A stretch of DNA of 59,974 bases. It comes from an uncultured Dehalococcoidales bacterium (GTDB taxonomy: Bacteria; Chloroflexota; Dehalococcoidia; Dehalococcoidales; Fen-1064). Positions 54,660 through 59,974 of the stretch are shown piece after piece. The DNA is taken from NCBI GenBank assembly GCA_964611805.1, contig CAZTBG010000002.1, positions 3,053-63,026 of the forward strand, written 5' to 3'. Every line of letters begins with the position of its first letter. Positions within the stretch are counted from its first letter, which is position 1. The position numbers were made by a program, and so were the translations under genes. The notes under the pieces were generated by a model, which had not been told where the DNA came from, ran no database searches, and saw only the letters and a program-made list of their open reading frames with translations.

Positions 54660-54665
54660 TAATAT

Positions 54666-55343
54666 CTATCTCCTGCCGGGGCAATTATGCTCTTGGCAGG
54701 ATGCGCAAGGATTGTAGTTCTCTATTTCGCTTTTGCAGGTTCCAATACCAATTACACCTGATATTGATTTACGAGGTACCATCAGGTTATCGTCAGTCAA
54801 TTGGATACTGCTGTTACTCCCATTCATAGCGTGGAAAAGCATCTGCTGTTGACTCACTTCCCAGTCACAATAACCCGGGCTGAATCGCCGACTGATATAC
54901 AACCCTCGAGCCCCCACCATCTGTTTGATTATATCCTGCACATGGTCAGCCACCTGCTCAACTGCATGCGAGCCGATGGCATCGAGCACCCTGGCCTGTA
55001 CGATGAGCCCGTCCTCGGCAAGTTGAGCCACTGTTTCCTCAAGATAACTATCTATAGTCAGGGCAAATACAGCCACTTTCTCGCACTTTTTCAGTAGCTC
55101 AGAAATTACTCGACTTTGAAAAATAACTCCGCCTTCAATAAAAACACTTGAGTTAATAATGAAGTCGACATCTTTGATGACGTATGAAAAAGCGGGATTG
55201 ATTAATTGGTTTACGTTCTCTGCATAGTCATGGGTTAGTGCTGTTACGCGAGCTGGTGGTTTACAAGTACTACAGTAACCAATATCACGCCAGACCTGTC
55301 TCTCGTTTATGTTTATGGGAATCTGATTACTTAAAGTTGTCAT
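54666..55343 (-). CDS. Methionine-synthase activation-domain-like protein (corrinoid reactivation) with C-terminal Cys cluster
   Basis: RRFSPGYCDWEVSQQQMLF and PRKSISGVIGIG motifs; C-terminal CASCQEHNC. Confidence 0.75.
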   Translation of the reverse strand: MTTLSNQIPININERQVWRDIGYCSTCKPPARVTALTHDYAENVNQLINPAFSYVIKDVDFIINSSVFIEGGVIFQSRVISELLKKCEKVAVFALTIDSYLEETVAQLAEDGLIVQARVLDAIGSHAVEQVADHVQDIIKQMVGARGLYISRRFSPGYCDWEVSQQQMLFHAMNGSNSSIQLTDDNLMVPRKSISGVIGIGTCKSEIENYNPCASCQEHNCPGRR

Positions 55344-56565
55344 ACTACTTCTACTTCTTCCTTCGCTCCAGACTCATATTCATATGTGCTATTGTTTTTA
55401 ACAAGAAATTCCGCTCCACATACGTCTACGTCGACGTTTTGTCGGTCACTTGGAATGAGCTAGGTCTCGAAGTATCTGCCAGATTTATTGGGGAAAAAGC
55501 ATGAAAAGAGCTATGGAATGTACATGACAGGTGTCTGCGCGCTTAGTCAGGGGGTAGATTCCAGCGGAAGATACTTCCTGGCTAGCTCCGATGGTCGTGA
55601 GTGGGTTCACTCACTCAAATATTGAATGATATATGAAAAATGTTAGGCGCGGGAAATATTCGCCCCACTTTGTAATTCTATTCGTCATGGCTAAGCCTCC
55701 TCTTAGAATTACTATGTGTAGATTACCATGTTGAGCCCCTTTTGTCTAATACCGAACCATATACCCGCCTCTATTATGGGGGTTAATGGTCTTTGTCACT
55801 GAACCCTTGCTGTCCCATATAATCCCTCCTCAACCAGCGAGAACAGACCGCCAGCGGTTTTTCAGGCTGGATGGCATAGAAAAAAGGGGGAAATAGTACT
55901 TTTAATGTATATGTCTCGTTTTAAAAATCAGCTAAAATATAACTTCTACCAAATAACTTCAAGTACAATGTGAGATTAGAAATTGTTGAATAGCTGGAAT
56001 CAACTGTTTCTTCTCAAGCAGGAGTTCGGGAACTGTCGCATGTAGTGTAGCTAAGGGGACTCGAACCAAACGAATAATCAGACTTATAAACAGATTATGA
56101 GAAGCTGCTGCAAATTTGGAATCAATTCCTTTTTCCCGAAGAAAAGTTCGGAATGATTCCAATGCGACGTACAATCTCGGGAGAGTCATCGTTCCATTAC
56201 TCCACTGTTGTCTTGCCTATTCCTAAGAATGGCTCCGTTGCTGTATAATAAGAGTTAGAATATCAAACTTTGAAGTCTAATGTATTCCGTTTTGAGATAT
56301 TATCACCTTCACCGCTTCCGAACAGGGGCCATCTACTAGTCAGGCTCATGGTGCTTCAGTAGCCGACGACTGGAGGTATTCCCGTCAAATTTGGCCTGTG
56401 ATTCCAGCTAACCGAAGCGGAGCAAAACAGACCGCGTGTCTTCATTCACCACACCAGTTTCTTTGATTACGTTTGCCCTTTGCAGATATAGCGAGGCCAG
56501 TATTGTGGGTCCTGATGTAATAACGACGGCAAGTATGAACAAATGATGGTTAGGCATAACCGTAT

Positions 56566-58410
56566 ATGAATTACCGCAACGACATTAGAAATATCGCCAT
56601 TGTTGCCCACGTCGATCACGGCAAGACCACGCTGGTGGATGCTATGCTTAAGCAGAGCAGGATTTTCCGGGACAACCAAGAAGTGGGCGAACTGATTATG
56701 GATAGTAACACCCTGGAGCGGGAAAAGGGCATCACCATCATGGCTAAGAATACGGCTGTAGTTTACCGGGGTGTCAAAATCAATATCATCGATACGCCAG
56801 GCCATGCCGATTTCAGTGGAGAGGTGGAGCGCGTTATCAACATGGCTGACGGCTGCCTGCTGCTGGTGGATGCCGTTGAAGGACCTATGCCACAGACCAG
56901 GTTTGTGCTGCGTCATGCTCTGCAAAGGGGACTGAAAACTATCGTGACTATCAACAAGATAGACCGGCTGAATACACGGATACCCGAGGTCGTCAGGCTC
57001 ACCCAGGACCTCTTCCTGGACCTGGCTGTCAATGATGACCAGCTTGATTTCCCCATACTGTACGCCAGCGCCAAGGATGGTATTGCCATCACCGAACTGG
57101 GCGAGAGAGGCACGGATATCTCACCCATCTTCGAATGCATTCTGAAAAACGTGCCGCCTCCGCAGATTGAAAACGGGCCGTTCCAGATGCTGGTTTCCAA
57201 CCTGGATTATGACAGCCACAAGGGCAGAATCGCTATCGGTCGCATCTGGCGTGGCAAGGTCGCCTCTCATGATACCGTCGTTACTGTGCGCGCCGACGGA
57301 AATGCAGAAGAACATGAAGTGGCCGAGGTCTTTACCTATCTTGGTCTCAAACGTCTCAAGGTTGAAGAGGCCGAGGCGGGAGATATCGTTGCGGTGACTG
57401 GTATCGAAAGGGTCAGCATCGGGGATACCTTAGCCAGCCCGGATATGCCCCAAGCCCTGCCGCGTATCCAAATCGGTGAACCGACGGTTGAAATGACCAT
57501 GGGTGTCAACACCTCACCTTTTGCCGGCCGCGAGGGACGGTTCAGCACCACGCGCCAGTTGCGGGAACGCCTTGACAAGGAGCTGGACACCAATCTCAGC
57601 CTACGGGTGCAGGATACCGAAAGCCCGGACACCTTTCTGCTCAGGGGGAGGGGCGAGTTGCACCTGGCTATCCTAATTGAAACCATGCGTCGTGATGGCT
57701 ATGAATTCGAAATATCCCGACCGGAGGCGATTACCAAGGTCATCAACGGCAAACTCATGGAGCCTGTAGAGGTTCTTACTATTGATACCAAGAACAAGTA
57801 CATCGGCGTCTTGACCGAGATGCTGAGCAAACGGCAGGGCAAGATGATGGATATGCGTAACTATGAGGATAATGTGCGCCTGGTATTTTATATCCCCACC
57901 AAGGGTCTGCTCGGTTTCCGCAGCTCCTTTCTCTCGTCCACCCGTGGAGAGGGCATCATGAATACCATGTTTCTCAGCTACGAACCCTGTCTGGGGGAAA
58001 TCGTCTCGACGCGCGATGGGGTGCTGGTAGCTTCGGAGCAGGGCGTGGCCATTACCTACGGTCTCAACAATGCCCAGGAGCGGGGCCTTACCTTCATCGA
58101 GCCCGGCACCCAGGTCTACGAGGGGATGATTGTAGGGTTGAATTCGCGGTCGCAGGACATACCGGTTAACGTCTGCAAGGAAAAGAAGAAAACCAATATC
58201 CGTTCGTCTACCTCCGACGTTGCCATCAAGCTGACGCCACCACTGAAGATGAGCCTGGAGCAGGCAATGGATTTTATCAATAGGGACGAACTACTGGAAG
58301 TGACACCCAAGAGTATCCGCCTGAGGAAGAGACTCCTCACCTATTCACAACGATTAAGGAACATCTCGGTGGTTAAAGCAGTGCCCCCCGAAAAAGTCGG
58401 GCGCAGGTGA
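56566..58410 (+). CDS. typA: Translational GTPase TypA/BipA
   Basis: [32 protein letters not shown]-motifs; 614 aa. Confidence 0.95.
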   Translation: MNYRNDIRNIAIVAHVDHGKTTLVDAMLKQSRIFRDNQEVGELIMDSNTLEREKGITIMAKNTAVVYRGVKINIIDTPGHADFSGEVERVINMADGCLLLVDAVEGPMPQTRFVLRHALQRGLKTIVTINKIDRLNTRIPEVVRLTQDLFLDLAVNDDQLDFPILYASAKDGIAITELGERGTDISPIFECILKNVPPPQIENGPFQMLVSNLDYDSHKGRIAIGRIWRGKVASHDTVVTVRADGNAEEHEVAEVFTYLGLKRLKVEEAEAGDIVAVTGIERVSIGDTLASPDMPQALPRIQIGEPTVEMTMGVNTSPFAGREGRFSTTRQLRERLDKELDTNLSLRVQDTESPDTFLLRGRGELHLAILIETMRRDGYEFEISRPEAITKVINGKLMEPVEVLTIDTKNKYIGVLTEMLSKRQGKMMDMRNYEDNVRLVFYIPTKGLLGFRSSFLSSTRGEGIMNTMFLSYEPCLGEIVSTRDGVLVASEQGVAITYGLNNAQERGLTFIEPGTQVYEGMIVGLNSRSQDIPVNVCKEKKKTNIRSSTSDVAIKLTPPLKMSLEQAMDFINRDELLEVTPKSIRLRKRLLTYSQRLRNISVVKAVPPEKVGRR

Positions 58411-58858
58411 GTGTGAAACTGCTCTAATTGGGCAACAGGGGCAGGGGCCTTATGCTTCATTCGGATAGTAGCGGTCGAGAGCAGCCATCGTTTTGGTAGT
58501 CTGTGTCACCGGCAGAGTCTTTCTAGGTGAACGAGGAGTTTACATGGCTTTAGATACCAAAGCGCATGGTGTGCTCTCATTTTCAACTCGGGCGTAACAA
58601 AACATCTGATTGTTTAGTCGCAATCTACTTGAATGTTACCCGATTACCGACAAACGTCATATTGTTTATCCGTGTAGCAATACAATCAAGTGCATCAGAC
58701 ATTAAAACTACTCTTCTTCATCCTCGGCCCAGCAAACAGTATTCTCCGAGCGTTCTATAACGCTGATCAAGCCTAGTAAGGACTACAAGCTTACCCTATG
58801 TTAGAGGTATAATGAAATCAAGAAATGTGCGTGTCTAAGTCATCAGGGGAGGTGTGAC

Positions 58859-59230
58859 ATGGCTGACAATGGGGGACAGTCGGAACGGGAAGAGTTCCGT
58901 GGAGCTCAAATCCAAATCTTGGGCACTAATCCGGCGTCTCCAGAGAACGGAAGGATATTCGTCTGGACCAAAATGGGTTGGTTCGAGCGTTTAGAGGGGC
59001 CATCGGGAAACATAGCTTTTACTCCTGTAGCTGACTCGGAAGAAGAATTGCGGGAATTTATCTCAAGGGATAATCCCGGAGCGGATCTAAGTGAACTAGG
59101 TGGTGTTTATAGAGAAGAGGTCTCTGTGGAATTCATACAGCAATCCCGATCCTATTCAGATTCTCCTGAAGATTCTAGCGAAGAGCCCTCTGGTGAGGAT
59201 GATCAAGAATACCACCAGCATGGCCACTAG
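58859..59230 (+). CDS. Hypothetical acidic protein (123 aa)
   Basis: ORF preceded by GGGGAGG; acidic Ser/Glu-rich C-terminus; no domain recognised. Confidence 0.45.
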   Translation: MADNGGQSEREEFRGAQIQILGTNPASPENGRIFVWTKMGWFERLEGPSGNIAFTPVADSEEELREFISRDNPGADLSELGGVYREEVSVEFIQQSRSYSDSPEDSSEEPSGEDDQEYHQHGH

Positions 59231-59974
59231 GAGGAACACAATTCGTAAACTTATGTAATAAAAAGCGGTAGTACCCCTATTTTGTAAAGTGTGATTTGAT
59301 TTCAGCAGGGCGGCACATCACTTTCTGACTTTTTGTTGGATGAAGTAGGGTTTCATAGAAGTCGGTTTTGTTAAGTCACGAAATGTCACTAAAAGCCAGA
59401 AGGTGAATTCACATTTGTCAGTTTTGGGTTCAACACACAACAATCCATCGTTTTGTACAGGCGTTGTATTCACCCCTAATTTACGTTTGTTTAAGTGAGT
59501 TAATTTAGATACAACACGGCTCCACTTATGCCGTGAGATTATCTCCGCAGAAATACTTCTGTAAGCATGAGACGATTCACCTTGGATACAATTCAGGAAT
59601 GATTGAAGGTAATAAACTCTCTGCAGTCTCAAAGATTCTAATTGTTGAAGGTAAAAACCGTATTATCTAAAAGGGGTTCCGATGAAACATCTCTGCAGGT
59701 AACGCCTTCTTCATCTCTCTAATTACCCCTGCAGAGTGACCGCTTCAAGGTCTCCTCAAATATCTTTGTAAAAACTGCTGTAGACATCTACAGTTGTTAT
59801 CAAAATGGCTACAACAGAGATAACTACAGTAGCTTTACAACGAGCTTCGACGAAAATTGTGCTCAACACCTTCGAAACGGCTTCACCAGAAGACTCTACA
59901 GCTGCTCTCGAAAGGCTGTCCCAGAGACTTCCCCGGCGGATTCCCTGGAGATCTACCCAGGGAAGACTCTCCTA

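Noticed and set aside
55344-55960. Cobalamin riboswitch upstream of the corrinoid operon
   Set aside because: No B12-box-like core (GCCACUG context) was seen on the minus strand by eye. This needs cmscan to be definitive.
55959-56189. 76-aa minus-strand ORF, and the 104-aa ORF at 59318..59632, as integrase N-terminal (SAM-like domain) fragments flanking typA
   Set aside because: There is only a vague F-L-x-x-x-G pattern resemblance. Both lie in AT-rich DNA where such frames arise by chance, so they cannot be supported without a search.
58547-58600. 17-codon ORF (MALDTKAHGVLSFSTRA) preceded by GAGGAG downstream of typA
   Set aside because: It is too short to evaluate and no conservation information is available.
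59806-59974. Open frame from ATG 59806 to the window end (MATTEITTVALQRAST..)
   Set aside because: There is no ribosome-binding site and no recognisable motif, and it is truncated by the window edge. The evidence is insufficient to call a CDS.

Overview
Bacterial chromosomal window with conserved anaerobic-metabolism operons separated by AT-richer, ORF-poor or relic-bearing accessory segments. The taxon cannot be proven from sequence. Gene content (MetVF, BCR/HAD-type radical enzyme, MttB/corrinoid system, many lipoproteins) suggests an anaerobic methyl-group-using bacterium, and Chloroflexota/Dehalococcoidia-like is only a guess.

Layout:
- 1-197: tandem repeat array cut by the window edge.
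- 756-13368: one tight 14-gene plus-strand string. It holds a 2+2 benzoyl-CoA-reductase/2-hydroxyacyl-CoA-dehydratase-like enzyme, a HadAB-like hot-dog pair, plsX-acpP-fabL-fabF-fabG, DegV/FakA-like genes and an SDR.
- 13.4-15.3 kb: AT-rich islet.
- 15.5-20.2 kb: ABC-2 exporter, adenosine deaminase, radical SAM protein.
- 20361-22615: clear TPP riboswitch with terminator in front of a methyltransferase and a CYTH-methyltransferase fusion. A transposase relic and two more methyltransferases follow.
- 25.4-31.7 kb: HoxU/E/F-like diaphorase genes, metV, an embedded histidine kinase, metF and two stand-alone receiver proteins.
- 31.7-46.7 kb: accessory island. It has an ORF-free AT-rich stretch, a small-ORF family, an orphan archaellum ArlH/FlaH-like ATPase, an integrase relic, about nine lipoproteins, an ECF sigma/anti-sigma pair, a catalytically degenerate S1-like lipoprotein, and an excisionase/helicase scar.
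- 47.4-55.3 kb, minus strand: seven-gene corrinoid methyltransferase operon with two non-Pyl MttB homologues, extended by a methyltransferase and an AsnB-like enzyme lacking the Cys nucleophile.
- 56566-58410: typA, flanked by AT-rich DNA.

No rRNA, tRNA or CRISPR array was recognised.

Best candidates for undescribed biology:
- the TPP-riboswitch-controlled MTase/CYTH-MTase pair;
- the HoxEFU-like/MetVF operon with its embedded kinase;
- the orphan ArlH-like ATPase with its paralogous small ORFs;
- the radical-enzyme/fatty-acid-synthesis supercluster;
- the AsnB-like/MTase extension of the corrinoid operon.

All domain calls rest on motifs read by eye. No database search was run.
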